The notes beneath the pieces are model-generated. The model saw only the letters and a list, made by a program, of their open reading frames with translations. It did not search any database and was not told where the DNA came from. A program made the translations under genes and the position numbers. Source: Saccharolobus solfataricus P2 (lineage in GTDB: Archaea > Thermoproteota > Thermoprotei_A > Sulfolobales > Sulfolobaceae). Taken from it: 64,000 nucleotides of DNA. The stretch is taken from NCBI RefSeq assembly GCF_000007005.1, contig NC_002754.1. The stretch is one strand, 5' to 3'. This document shows positions 7,555 to 17,808 of the stretch, in pieces; the stretch's first letter is position 1, and every line of letters starts with the position of its first letter.

Positions 7555-10479
7555 TTGAAGGTGATTTCGGTGAAAAAGAGTTTGATAATATTACTTTTTG
7601 TAATATTATCTCCTATAACATATTTAACATTACCACTATCCTCACAATCCACTCCTATTCAAGGATATGCGACAAGTAGTGAGTTGATAACACCCGGCGA
7701 AATTGAGGTACCAATAACCTTTCATTTGATTAACTTAGGTCAAACCTTAACTGAGGTTACAATAACCCCTGCAGATACTTATCCGTTTTACCTTTACCCC
7801 TATAATAATGGAACTGAACTTACACACATACCCTTGTGGAATCAAGGACAGACAGTAAATGTTACTTACTTGTTTGATATAGCTAGTACTGCTAAGACTG
7901 GTACATATACTGATGTAGTTGTAGTTCAAGGTATCACTACCTCTGGTACCCAAGTAACTTATGATGTTTTAGTACCAGTAGTAATAGCTGGCTATGTTAA
8001 TTTCTCCGCATCATCAGTATGGGGAACAACATCAAACCCAATGGTAGTAGGACCAGGAGAAAACAACATCCCACTAACAATAATACTACAAAACTTAGGT
8101 AATTCGTTAGTCACCAATATAACATTAGAACTAAACTCACAGTTTCCAGTTGGATTCCTACAAAATAACGCTACAATTTCCGCAATACCAGCAGGATATT
8201 ATGGAGAGGTAACTGTAATGACTTCAGTATATCCTAATGCAACTGAAGGTTTGTATTACATCAAGCTAAATGTAATATACTATCATAATGCGACTACTAC
8301 AGTATTAGTACCTATTGATATAGGATCATCTAATCAAGTGTCACTAGAGGACGCATGGGGTACACCATCAGACCCGATGGTAGCTGCGCCTGGTGAAACT
8401 TTACTTCCCCTCACTATTTACGTAAAGAATCTTGGCGAGAACCTACTATCCAATGTCATGTTAATATTGCAATCTCACTATCCAATTCAATTCCTCCAAA
8501 ATTACACAATGATAGGTTTCGTACCAGCTGGAGGTTATAATTACGTTACAGTAGTAGCAAACGTCTATAAGAACGTAACACCTGGAGTATATTACGTACC
8601 AATAACCTTAGTGGCATACGATGGAGGGTTCATGCAGACTTTTGAAATGCCAGTCTACGTTTTAGGCTATGTTAATTTCTCCGCATCATCAGTATGGGGA
8701 ACAACATCAAACCCAATGGTAGTAGGACCAGGAGAAAACAACATCCCACTAACAATAATACTACAAAACTCTGGGATAGTTACTGTAACTAACGCAACCT
8801 TGTTCCTACAATCACAGTATCCGGTACAGTTTCTACAGAACAATGTAACCCTTGGGAACGTCCCAGCCGGCTATCCTATACCAGTAACAGTACTAGCAAA
8901 CGTTTATCCTAACGTAACAAATACCGGTGTTTACTACATAACCGCAAAAGTGATGTATTACGATGGTGTGATACAATATGTAAAGGTCCCAATATATATA
9001 GAGTCACTAAATCAAGTTTCGGTAGAGGGTATATGGGGTTCTTTATCTAATCCAATACTGGTAGCTCCGGGTGAGAACAATGTACCACTAACGCTAGTGA
9101 TAAAGAATCTTGGTGAAAACCTACTATCAAACGTAAGCCTAATATTGCAATCTCATTATCCGATACAATTCCTCCAGCAAAACGCCTCCGTTGGTTTCGT
9201 TCCCGCTGGTAGCTACAATTACGTAACAGTGACGGCCAACGTGTTTCCAAATGCAACTCCAGGAGTATACTACATACCAGCAACCCTAGTGGCTTATGGT
9301 GGATTTAAGGAAAACATAATGATAACTGTTGATATCCTAGGATATGTTACAATACAAGCTCAAAGCTTGTGGGGAGAAGTAACATCCCCAATAACGGTCT
9401 CCTCAGGTGAGACTGATGTACCTTTAACGGTTTTACTCAAAAACACTGGTGACGTTAATATTCTTAATGCTACCCTAGTTTTCCAGAACGTAGAGTATCC
9501 ATTAATCTTCCATCAGGCCACTGCACAAATCGGTATTGTACCAGCTGGTCAAGAGAATTATGCAACAGTTACTGTAAGTGTGTTTCCAAATGCAACTCCA
9601 GGAGTATACTACATACCAGCAACTCTATATTACTTCAATCATCAAACCACAATAACAGTTCCAATAACAATTTATTCACCTAATATTTCAGTAAATTTAG
9701 TAACTATTCCACCTCAAGTATTTCCTAGCTATTATGATGTTAGATTATTGGTAATTTTAACAAACTTTGGAGGTGGTATAGCGGAAAACGCTAACGTGAG
9801 CATTCAATCACCATTCCAAGTTATATCTTCTAATCCACTACACTTAGGAGCACTACCAGTGGGAGTCCCCATCAATGCCACATTTCTTATTAATGTTCCA
9901 AATAATACAGTGCCTAAAATCTACATTGTAAACATTACTATTAACTATGATGGTGGAAAAGAAACGTATCAATATCCATTACAGATATATCCCAAGGCTA
10001 ATCTGATAGTAGTAGGAGTTTCTTATCCTTCACTAAGTGCAGGAGACAGCAACGTGCCAATTACAATAACTCTTAAAAACGCTGGAAATTCGACAGCTAA
10101 GAACGTTATAGTTAGGCTAGGAACTTCCAATCTAATATATCCTCATGTGAGTTCATCAAACCCATTGCAAGCATTAACAGCATCTGAGGTATTCGCTGGA
10201 GATATTGCACCCGGACAAGCAATAAATGTAACTTTTGTAGTCGATGTAAGTGGTGGAGCGTCTGCTGGAACTTACCCATTAGCAATTGCTTTGATATGGA
10301 ATCAAACTGGTGCACTATTTCCATTTGAGCAGTCTGATACATTCTACGTAACAATATCTCCTCCATTCTATGAACAGTTCTTTAAATCACCTATTGGCAT
10401 AATAACAATTATAGTAATAATAGTTATAATTATAGTGATTGCTGCCGTACTCCTAAGAGTAAGAAATAAAAGAAGATAA
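7555..10479 (+). CDS. Large cell-surface glycoprotein with tandem ~113-aa Ig-like repeats (COG1361/S-layer-domain type)
   Basis: N-terminal signal peptide; repeats of W-G-x-x-S-x-P...PGE-x-N-x-P-L-T-I...N; many N-x-S/T sequons; C-terminal TM helix with an RVRNKRR tail. Confidence 0.8.
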   Translation: MKVISVKKSLIILLFVILSPITYLTLPLSSQSTPIQGYATSSELITPGEIEVPITFHLINLGQTLTEVTITPADTYPFYLYPYNNGTELTHIPLWNQGQTVNVTYLFDIASTAKTGTYTDVVVVQGITTSGTQVTYDVLVPVVIAGYVNFSASSVWGTTSNPMVVGPGENNIPLTIILQNLGNSLVTNITLELNSQFPVGFLQNNATISAIPAGYYGEVTVMTSVYPNATEGLYYIKLNVIYYHNATTTVLVPIDIGSSNQVSLEDAWGTPSDPMVAAPGETLLPLTIYVKNLGENLLSNVMLILQSHYPIQFLQNYTMIGFVPAGGYNYVTVVANVYKNVTPGVYYVPITLVAYDGGFMQTFEMPVYVLGYVNFSASSVWGTTSNPMVVGPGENNIPLTIILQNSGIVTVTNATLFLQSQYPVQFLQNNVTLGNVPAGYPIPVTVLANVYPNVTNTGVYYITAKVMYYDGVIQYVKVPIYIESLNQVSVEGIWGSLSNPILVAPGENNVPLTLVIKNLGENLLSNVSLILQSHYPIQFLQQNASVGFVPAGSYNYVTVTANVFPNATPGVYYIPATLVAYGGFKENIMITVDILGYVTIQAQSLWGEVTSPITVSSGETDVPLTVLLKNTGDVNILNATLVFQNVEYPLIFHQATAQIGIVPAGQENYATVTVSVFPNATPGVYYIPATLYYFNHQTTITVPITIYSPNISVNLVTIPPQVFPSYYDVRLLVILTNFGGGIAENANVSIQSPFQVISSNPLHLGALPVGVPINATFLINVPNNTVPKIYIVNITINYDGGKETYQYPLQIYPKANLIVVGVSYPSLSAGDSNVPITITLKNAGNSTAKNVIVRLGTSNLIYPHVSSSNPLQALTASEVFAGDIAPGQAINVTFVVDVSGGASAGTYPLAIALIWNQTGALFPFEQSDTFYVTISPPFYEQFFKSPIGIITIIVIIVIIIVIAAVLLRVRNKRR
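7990..8770 (+). repeat. 106-bp identical direct repeat, copies at 7990-8095 and 8665-8770
   Basis: GGCTATGTTAATTTCTCCGCATCATCAG...ATACTACAAAACT occurs twice, 675 bp (225 codons) apart. Confidence 0.9.
9241..9623 (+). repeat. 44-bp identical direct repeat, copies at 9241-9284 and 9580-9623
   Basis: GTGTTTCCAAATGCAACTCCAGGAGTATACTACATACCAGCAAC occurs twice, 339 bp (113 codons) apart. Confidence 0.88.
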
Positions 10480-11142
10480 AAATATCTTTAAAATTATGAT
10501 AAGAGCTTTTCTACTTTTAACATTGTTTTTTAGACCAATTTATTCGGAGTTAGCCTTAGTCCTCTCTTTAATACTCATACTATTAATACTTCTTCTTTCT
10601 TCTTTATCCTTATTAATAAAAATCTTAAGGCTACTGAAAAATATATATTAAACTAGAAACTAAAGAAAACATGTTAGGGTAAAATCTGTAATTTAATGAT
10701 GCTGTTAATTTTACATAGGTTGAAAATAATGAAGTTAAATGGTTTATCGTTAGAATACGATAGAGCATTTGACTTAACAAGACTTTGAATGTAAGTTAGA
10801 AGATCTTTTAATAACTGCTTTGTGGACTTGTTAATTTTCGCATAGGGTTAAGAGGTCTTGCAAACATAAACTGTACATATGATCACTAATTGAAACAAAG
10901 ATAATAGTAAGCTTAATGAAAAATATCCAACATATCAATTAAGCGTTTAACAATCATTTCTTTATGTAGAAGAAGTGGATTTTCTTTAGATCTAGCATTG
11001 ATATATATTATCGTTATACATAATATAGAATTTTTAATTAAAAATTAAAAATATAAAAATATAATTATCATAAACCTATAATATATGCAAGCTTGCGATA
11101 GCTTAGAGGAAAAATTATAAGTTTCTAAGAGTTTCTCTGAAA

Positions 11143-11760
11143 ATGTATATGATCCTAGAATTACTTAACATAATTGGTATAATTGCATTTACAATTTCTG
11201 GTTCTCTTAAGGGAACTAATAAGGGACTAGATATTTTTGGTGTTGTAACTCTAGGTGTAATAACTAGTTATGCCGGAGGTATAATTGCAGATATCTTACT
11301 GGGCATATATCCACCACAGATACTAAAGGAATTGAATTACCTACTACTAAGTGTAGGTATTTCCATTTTCGTCTTTTACTTCTATAAATGGTTACAGACT
11401 AATCCTATAAAGATGATAATTGCGATAAGTGATGCAGTAGGACTTTCAACTTTTGCTACATTAGGTGCATCATTAGCTTACTCTTATGGGTTAAATCCAA
11501 TATCAGTTGGATTAATTGCGGCTATTGTTGGCACTGGTGGAGGTGTGATAAGAGATGTTCTTGTAAACGAAATTCCTATGGTACTTACAAAGGAAATATA
11601 TGCTACTGCAGCCCTTCTTAGTGGATTTATATACTATTTCACTACTCCTTATTTACATCATGATAGTTTATTTGTAGCTTTTCTGGGTTCATTTTTATTG
11701 AGAATACTTTCAATAAAATACAATTTTAATTTACCTAAAAGGGAAGACAACAAAAGCTAA
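11143..11760 (+). CDS. Trimeric intracellular cation (TRIC) channel family protein (UPF0126)
   Basis: Duplicated halves: AFTISG...DIFG...AGGIIAD and SDAVGL...GGGVIRDVL..EIP; seven hydrophobic segments. Confidence 0.87.
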   Translation: MYMILELLNIIGIIAFTISGSLKGTNKGLDIFGVVTLGVITSYAGGIIADILLGIYPPQILKELNYLLLSVGISIFVFYFYKWLQTNPIKMIIAISDAVGLSTFATLGASLAYSYGLNPISVGLIAAIVGTGGGVIRDVLVNEIPMVLTKEIYATAALLSGFIYYFTTPYLHHDSLFVAFLGSFLLRILSIKYNFNLPKREDNKS

Positions 11761-11766
11761 TCCTTG

Positions 11767-11946
11767 CTATCTCTTTATATAGTAGAAATATCTCCCTCTT
11801 CTGCCTACCTTATTTTCCTTAATAAGTTGGGACAACGCATTGTAAACTTCTGGGGCAGGGTACGGTATATATTTCAATAAGTCATTAAATGTTATCCACT
11901 CCCTATCCTTTATTATTTTTTCTACAGACTGTTTAACATCTTCCAT
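11767..11946 (-). CDS. 59-aa winged-helix nucleic-acid-binding protein (missed by ORF track)
   Basis: Translated by hand: MEDVKQSVEKIIKDREWITFNDLLKYIPYPAPEVYNALSQLIKENKVGRRGRYFYYIKR*. Three helices plus a basic/aromatic wing hairpin. Confidence 0.72.
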   Translation of the reverse strand: MEDVKQSVEKIIKDREWITFNDLLKYIPYPAPEVYNALSQLIKENKVGRRGRYFYYIKR

Positions 11947-12049
11947 ATATATTATAATATAACTAAATGTAAAATAAGTTTGTGTTAAAAAGGTTTGTAG
12001 ATGTGTTATAAGATAATTTTATATTTATGGTCAATCTTTTACCACTGCA

Positions 12050-12673
12050 TTGTTATTATACTTTAAGCCTACCAAAAAAGAAAGAGATATAAACGTTGCT
12101 TTGGAAATTGTATCTGAGTTATTCGCTTCGAGAATTGGTAAACTAATGGGTTTGCCTATTCTAGAAGTGTCTTTAATAAAACATGGGGATGAAATAGGAT
12201 TATTAATGGATTATTTACCGGATAAAGCTACAGAGCAGAATATATATAATTTAGATGAAATCAAGATGAGTTTAGCATTTGAAGAATGGATTCTAAACAT
12301 AGATTTAAAAGAGGATCATGTACTATCAAAGAACGGAAAGGGATTCATCATTGATCATGGACATTCATTGTCTGCTTGGAAACCATTATACTATATAATA
12401 CAAATCATAGATAAAAAGGTAAGTAGATTTAATTTGTGGGCTAGTGAGGATGATTTTAGAGATGGAATAGAACTGTTATCGTCAATAGATCATAATACTA
12501 TATCTGAAATTCTTAAGGAAAGCTTCTCCGAGGTAGTTGAGAGTAATTTCTGCAAATTATTTACTAGGGAAGTTGCTGCCGAGTACATGGACTTGAATAT
12601 TAAGATTTTGGAAAAAAGAATGAAATATCTGAAAGATGGTAAGATTTTATTTACCTATAATTATAGGCAATAG
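12050..12673 (+). CDS. HipA-like / PI3-4K-like atypical kinase, possibly N-terminally eroded
   Basis: YFK, E-x-x-A-x-x-I-G-K-L-M-G-L-P, EWILNIDLK and IIDHGHSL motifs. Confidence 0.65.
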   Translation: MLLYFKPTKKERDINVALEIVSELFASRIGKLMGLPILEVSLIKHGDEIGLLMDYLPDKATEQNIYNLDEIKMSLAFEEWILNIDLKEDHVLSKNGKGFIIDHGHSLSAWKPLYYIIQIIDKKVSRFNLWASEDDFRDGIELLSSIDHNTISEILKESFSEVVESNFCKLFTREVAAEYMDLNIKILEKRMKYLKDGKILFTYNYRQ

Positions 12674-13030
12674 AAATATAGCAAACATTAGATTAAAAAA
12701 TACAATTATAGTTATTATTGTATATAGCTTATTTCTCTCTGACGCAAACTGCGCAATCCCTAATAACACTCTAAGTACGGGGGTAGCTATTAGAACCATT
12801 AAGCCTAAGTATATATAATCTAAACCGTATAGCTTAGGCAGTCCACTAAATATTTCAGAGGGTTTGAAAATTGAACTATTAACAATTGAATTTGAACTTG
12901 ATATCTGAGTGATAGTAAAGCCGTTTGAACCATTATTCACAAATAGTAGAGCAACTCCGAAAATTATTATTATTGCACTAATTATTACGCCTATTCTTAA
13001 CGTATTACCTATAATATTGTTAAAGTCCAT
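12647..13030 (-). CDS. DUF1634-type membrane protein
   Basis: Three TM segments with G-L-x-x-L-I-A-T-P-V-L-R-V; directly follows the TauE gene, the usual arrangement for this family. Confidence 0.7.
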   Translation of the reverse strand: MDFNNIIGNTLRIGVIISAIIIIFGVALLFVNNGSNGFTITQISSSNSIVNSSIFKPSEIFSGLPKLYGLDYIYLGLMVLIATPVLRVLLGIAQFASERNKLYTIITIIVFFNLMFAIFLLPIIIGK

Positions 13031-13880
13031 ATCCGAACCCCCTTAGTATCATTTGAATTCCTAGAAAGATGAGAATTGCAGTAAAAATGTACCTTATAGT
13101 TTTATTTGTAACTCTAACTAATATTTTAGTCCCAACAAACGCACCAATTAAAACACCCAATGCAGTACCTGCTGCCAAAAATGGCTGTATGTATCCGAAT
13201 ATCCAGTAAATTGAGCTCCCAGTTGCAGCTGTCACGCCAATCATGAAGTTACTAGTAGTAGTACTAACTTTCATCGGTAAGTTCATAGCCCAATCCATAC
13301 CTAAAACCTTGAGCGCACCGGAACCTATTCCCAACAAACCAGAGATGAAACCAGCAAAGAACATAATTATTTCACCTAACCACCATCTAACACCATGATA
13401 TTCAACCTCTTGTTTTAGGACTGTATCGTAATATTTCCCATAGAGCTCAAAAACTCTAGTTGTCCAATCTGGCTTAATGGGTTTAGGAAGTTCAAATTTA
13501 GACTTAGCAAGTTGTACATAAACCTGGGAAAGTAAGACAATTCCAAAGACAATGTATACTATAAATTCCAAGTGATGAGCGTAAATATAGGCCACTGTTA
13601 AGGCTCCAGCTATAGAGCCTGTTGTAGTAGCTATTTCAAGTCCCATTCCTATTTTGACGTTAGTTATTCTATCCTTAACGTAAGCACTTGCTGCACCACT
13701 AGAGGTTGCTATGGTTGAGATTAGACTAGCTCCAGAAGCATAGGCAATAGGCACATTTAGATATAATGTATAAATTGGTACTAAAAACGTGGCTCCACCT
13801 AAACCGGTTAAAGCGCCTAGTATACCTGAAAGAGCACTTATTAGCACAACTGTAACAAAAAATTCTATTGGCGTCAACAT
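13020..13880 (-). CDS. Sulfite exporter TauE/SafE (TSUP) family permease
   Basis: GALTGLGGATFLVP and GFISGLLGIGSG repeats, STTTSNFMIG. Confidence 0.87.
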   Translation of the reverse strand: MLTPIEFFVTVVLISALSGILGALTGLGGATFLVPIYTLYLNVPIAYASGASLISTIATSSGAASAYVKDRITNVKIGMGLEIATTTGSIAGALTVAYIYAHHLEFIVYIVFGIVLLSQVYVQLAKSKFELPKPIKPDWTTRVFELYGKYYDTVLKQEVEYHGVRWWLGEIIMFFAGFISGLLGIGSGALKVLGMDWAMNLPMKVSTTTSNFMIGVTAATGSSIYWIFGYIQPFLAAGTALGVLIGAFVGTKILVRVTNKTIRYIFTAILIFLGIQMILRGFGYGL

Positions 13881-13919
13881 AAAATATACTACTAACTAAA
13901 TGGTTATTAAAGTATTCTA

Positions 13920-15314
13920 TCACTCTTCATCATATTCAACTGGATCTTTAAGTCCATTGATCCTAAACGCCATCTTCCTCATATAACAAGGCCCACATTT
14001 CCCACAATGTTTTTGCCCACCTTCATAACAGCTCCAGGTCAAATGTAGTGGGGCACCAATTTCGTATCCCAGCTTTACTATTTCGTGCTTTACTAAATTA
14101 CCAACTGGCATTAATATCTCAATTCTCTTGTTTGGACCAGTTGCATATGGGCTTAACTTATTTAACATCCTTATGAATTCCATCTCGTTATCTGGATAAG
14201 CTCCAGCTTCCTCTAAATTTATTCCAGATGCTATGGCATCATATCCATAGGCTTCGGCAATTGCTAATGAAACAGAGAAGAAAATTAGATTTCTTGCAGG
14301 AACCCATTCATGTGCAAACTCTGCTCCTTCTTCTCCTTTCCTATCCTTAACTATCTCTCCTCCTCCCTTTATTAACGTGGCATGACCTATTATTTTGAAT
14401 AAATCTGTATTTATTTCAAGCAGTGGTATTTGCAAATATTCGGCAATTTTCCTCACGGCCTCTCTTTCCTTTTCCTCAGCCTTATGGTGGTAATTAAAGT
14501 GTATTAGAGTAACTTCATGACCTTCTCTTAGAAGTTTAGTTGCTGCTACAGTGGAATCTAACCCACCACTTGCCACAACAAGTACCCTATACTTCTTTCT
14601 TTTTTCCATGATAGGCAACGTAGTTATTAGTTTATTCGAAGTGACCATTACTACCGAATATGGTTCCAATTTAGTTATATTTACTGGGTCGAATGGTTTT
14701 GCATCAAAATATTCGTCAAGAGATGTAAAGAATAGGGACTCCAACGAGTGGTCATAAGCCATGTATAATGGCTTAAAGTTCTGAGCTAGAAATATTCTAT
14801 CAGGGTTTTTCTTATCTCCTATAACCAAAGCAAAACTTCCTTTGATTTGCTCTAATATTCCCTTTAGTGCTTCAAGATTACCGTCCCACGTCTTGTCCAA
14901 AAGTAGTGGAAGAATTGCACTATCTATCTTAGTTTTTCTTTTTAATTCATATTTTTTCTCTAATTCTAAATCATTTGCGATTATTCCATTATGAGTTACA
15001 ATATATCTGTCTCCAATAAAAGGTTGAATGTCGTCCTCAGTTTTCTGTCTAACGTATTCAGTAGTGGGTTCTGCCCTATTATTAGCTATGACAACCCTAG
15101 AGTCTTCATCTAAAATGCCGTATAGTAATTCCTCTTTTTCTGAGGGCTTTCCTATGGATTTTCTTACTTTTACTGTACCATCCTTTTGAATTACAACAAT
15201 ACCAAAACTGTCCCTACCCCTATCTTCTGCCTTTTTGAGGATACTAGCTAATTTCAGCTCAACTTTCTCAAAATTTTTAGGGTTTAATATGAGGACTCCA
15301 GATACACTGCACAC
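13920..15314 (-). CDS. queC: GAT-QueC: class II glutamine amidotransferase fused to 7-cyano-7-deazaguanine synthase (archaeosine pathway)
   Basis: N-terminal MCSVSG...RGRDSFG...HNG GATase; then [18 protein letters not shown] and TWSCY..CGKCGPC QueC motifs. Confidence 0.95.
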   Translation of the reverse strand: MCSVSGVLILNPKNFEKVELKLASILKKAEDRGRDSFGIVVIQKDGTVKVRKSIGKPSEKEELLYGILDEDSRVVIANNRAEPTTEYVRQKTEDDIQPFIGDRYIVTHNGIIANDLELEKKYELKRKTKIDSAILPLLLDKTWDGNLEALKGILEQIKGSFALVIGDKKNPDRIFLAQNFKPLYMAYDHSLESLFFTSLDEYFDAKPFDPVNITKLEPYSVVMVTSNKLITTLPIMEKRKKYRVLVVASGGLDSTVAATKLLREGHEVTLIHFNYHHKAEEKEREAVRKIAEYLQIPLLEINTDLFKIIGHATLIKGGGEIVKDRKGEEGAEFAHEWVPARNLIFFSVSLAIAEAYGYDAIASGINLEEAGAYPDNEMEFIRMLNKLSPYATGPNKRIEILMPVGNLVKHEIVKLGYEIGAPLHLTWSCYEGGQKHCGKCGPCYMRKMAFRINGLKDPVEYDEE

Positions 15315-15333
15315 TTGTTTATACCTTTATAAC

Positions 15334-15555
15334 TTACCTAAAAATCTGTCTAAACTCTAATTTTATCATAATTAGGTCTTCTTCTAAATTTTCGCCATCG
15401 ACCATGGAGAATCCATATTTAGACGCTATGAAGGGAATGCTTTCTAATGTGTCTTCTGTTGTCACAAACGTAACAATATCTCCTAATTTACATTTGTCTT
15501 TCTGTTTAGATAGAAATGTCTCTACATCTTTTGTACTATTAAGGATATCCACCAT
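15334..15555 (-). CDS. Small SirA/TusA-fold-like protein lacking the CPxP motif
   Basis: 73 aa; the pattern L-G-D-I-V-T-F-V-T...[11 protein letters not shown] resembles TusA topology; sits upstream of queC on the same strand. Confidence 0.45.
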   Translation of the reverse strand: MVDILNSTKDVETFLSKQKDKCKLGDIVTFVTTEDTLESIPFIASKYGFSMVDGENLEEDLIMIKLEFRQIFR

Positions 15556-15588
15556 ACTTTTAACCTACATGAAATAGTTAATAAAATT

Positions 15589-17808
15589 GTGGAGATTCTA
15601 AGTGAAGTAAATGACAAGCTAAAAACGTTTAACGCTAAGATAGCTCACGTTCATACAGAAACTTTTCTGGAACCGGAATATGGACCATCCATAAACGAAA
15701 TAGATATTGATGATAAGCTAAAGAAATCTATTATAGAATATGGAATAGAGAGATTATATAAATATCAATATGATGCATACCGAAAAATAAAAAATAAGGA
15801 AAACGTCATGATCATATCAGGTACTGGAACCGGTAAAACTGAAGCATTTTTAATCCCAATTCTAGACCTAGCATTAAAGGGCGAAAGAAGTGTTTTAGTT
15901 TATCCTACAAAAGCTCTAGCAAGGGATCAACTTACTAGAGTTTACAAATTAGCAAGAGAATTAGGATTGAATGTTGGGATTTTCGATGGAGATACACCGG
16001 AAAAAGAGAGAGAAAGATTGTATAGAAATCCTCCTCACATACTAATAACTAATCCAGATATGATACATTTAGGCCTAGCTTTAAGTACTAGATTCAGGTT
16101 TTTGTTAAGAACTGCTGATCATTTTATATTTGATGAAGTTCATGTATATGAAGGCGTTTTAGGTGCTCATATAAGAAATCTAGCTGATAGAATCAAGGAA
16201 TTTAAGAACGATATTCATATAGTAGCGTCAAGTGCCACAGTAGGCGCTACAAAATACTTGTTTGAGGAGCTGTTCGGGGTTGAGGGGGAAATAATAGAGG
16301 GGATAAGAAGAAGAAAAGGAATCGCAATACATAGCATTATTGATAGTGGTAATTCTAGTAGGTGGACGTTGGCTGCTTATTTGGCGGCAGTTCTAGTTAA
16401 AAATGGGCTAAAAGTACTAGTGTTTACTGATTCTCAACAGATGGCAGAGTTAGTAGCTAAGATAGCTGATAGATTTAGAGTAAATCTAGAGGTGCATAGA
16501 GCAGGTTTAATTGCAGAAGAAAGGATAAAAGTAGAGGAGAAGCTAAGAAATGGAGAATTGGATGGAGTAGTGGCCACACCTACTTTAGAGCTAGGAATAG
16601 ACATAGGAACCATTGATGCAGTAATAATGGCAGAGAATCCACCAAGTTATACTAAATACGTTCAGAGAGCTGGGAGAGCAGGGAGAAGGAATAACGCTGG
16701 TTTAGTATTTACAATCTTAGGAGATGATCCTATAGATAGTTACTATCTTAGGCACCCAGAGGAGTTCTTTACCAGAAAAATACAAGCATTAACATTTGAT
16801 CCTACAAACATAGAAGTAATTAAAATTCATGCTTTAGCATATTTGGCTGAAAAATATAGAGTAAAGTTGAATAATTTACCTCCTCTTTGGAAAAAAGCAT
16901 ATGAGATATTAGCTACCGAAAGCAGAGCTAAAATTGTAGGTAGTTATGTCTTAGCTACTCCAGAAACTAAAAAATATGTTGCCACAACCTCTCTTAGGAG
17001 TGTAGGCCCCATAGTAAGAATATATGAAGATAAGAAGAAAATCGGCGAAAGAGAACTGCCTGCGGCATTGCATGACCTATATCCAAATGCAGTATATTTG
17101 ATTTCAAAGAAGACTTACATTATAGAGGAATTTGATATTGACAGATTAATAGCAAAGGTAAGAAAAGTTAATAGTGAGTTATCGTATTACACTAAACCCC
17201 TTTATTCAATGGATCTATTGGAGTTTAATAAAAAAGATGAGAGAGAAGTATACGGAGAAAAAGTGGAATATGGGGACATGAAATTAGTCATGAGAGTGGA
17301 AGGTTATGTAACTTATGATGTATATTCTAAAAGGGGGAAAAATGAGTACTTTTATGAAAACCCTATTTCATTTACATATAATACGAAGGGGCTTCTAATA
17401 TACCACCCATTAATAGATGACTTCACTCTCATAGATCATATGGAGACCTACCATGCAACCGAGCACGTATTAATATCTGCAGCCAGAGTTGCCGCAGGAG
17501 CGTCGTTAACTGACTTGGGAGGAATAAGCTATCCTAGTGGACACGTTGTAATATACGACTCCTCCATAGGAGGAAGCGGAGTTTCTAAATTATTATTTGA
17601 AAGATTGGAGCAAGCTTACGAAGTTGCATTAGATATAGTTAAGAGTTGCAATTGTGAGGATGGTTGTCCTAATTGTGTATACAGTCCATATTGTGGTAAT
17701 AATAATAAATATTTATCTAGGAAAAAATCGTTAAGATTAATAGACGGGTTAATAAAGGGTACAATAAAAGGAGTAAACAAGGATAGAGAGGGAAACCCAA
17801 TTGCATAA
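15589..17808 (+). CDS. SF2 helicase with C-terminal DUF1998 zinc domain (Hrq1/SftH/MrfA family)
   Basis: [42 protein letters not shown] and [10 protein letters not shown]. Confidence 0.92.
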   Translation: MEILSEVNDKLKTFNAKIAHVHTETFLEPEYGPSINEIDIDDKLKKSIIEYGIERLYKYQYDAYRKIKNKENVMIISGTGTGKTEAFLIPILDLALKGERSVLVYPTKALARDQLTRVYKLARELGLNVGIFDGDTPEKERERLYRNPPHILITNPDMIHLGLALSTRFRFLLRTADHFIFDEVHVYEGVLGAHIRNLADRIKEFKNDIHIVASSATVGATKYLFEELFGVEGEIIEGIRRRKGIAIHSIIDSGNSSRWTLAAYLAAVLVKNGLKVLVFTDSQQMAELVAKIADRFRVNLEVHRAGLIAEERIKVEEKLRNGELDGVVATPTLELGIDIGTIDAVIMAENPPSYTKYVQRAGRAGRRNNAGLVFTILGDDPIDSYYLRHPEEFFTRKIQALTFDPTNIEVIKIHALAYLAEKYRVKLNNLPPLWKKAYEILATESRAKIVGSYVLATPETKKYVATTSLRSVGPIVRIYEDKKKIGERELPAALHDLYPNAVYLISKKTYIIEEFDIDRLIAKVRKVNSELSYYTKPLYSMDLLEFNKKDEREVYGEKVEYGDMKLVMRVEGYVTYDVYSKRGKNEYFYENPISFTYNTKGLLIYHPLIDDFTLIDHMETYHATEHVLISAARVAAGASLTDLGGISYPSGHVVIYDSSIGGSGVSKLLFERLEQAYEVALDIVKSCNCEDGCPNCVYSPYCGNNNKYLSRKKSLRLIDGLIKGTIKGVNKDREGNPIA

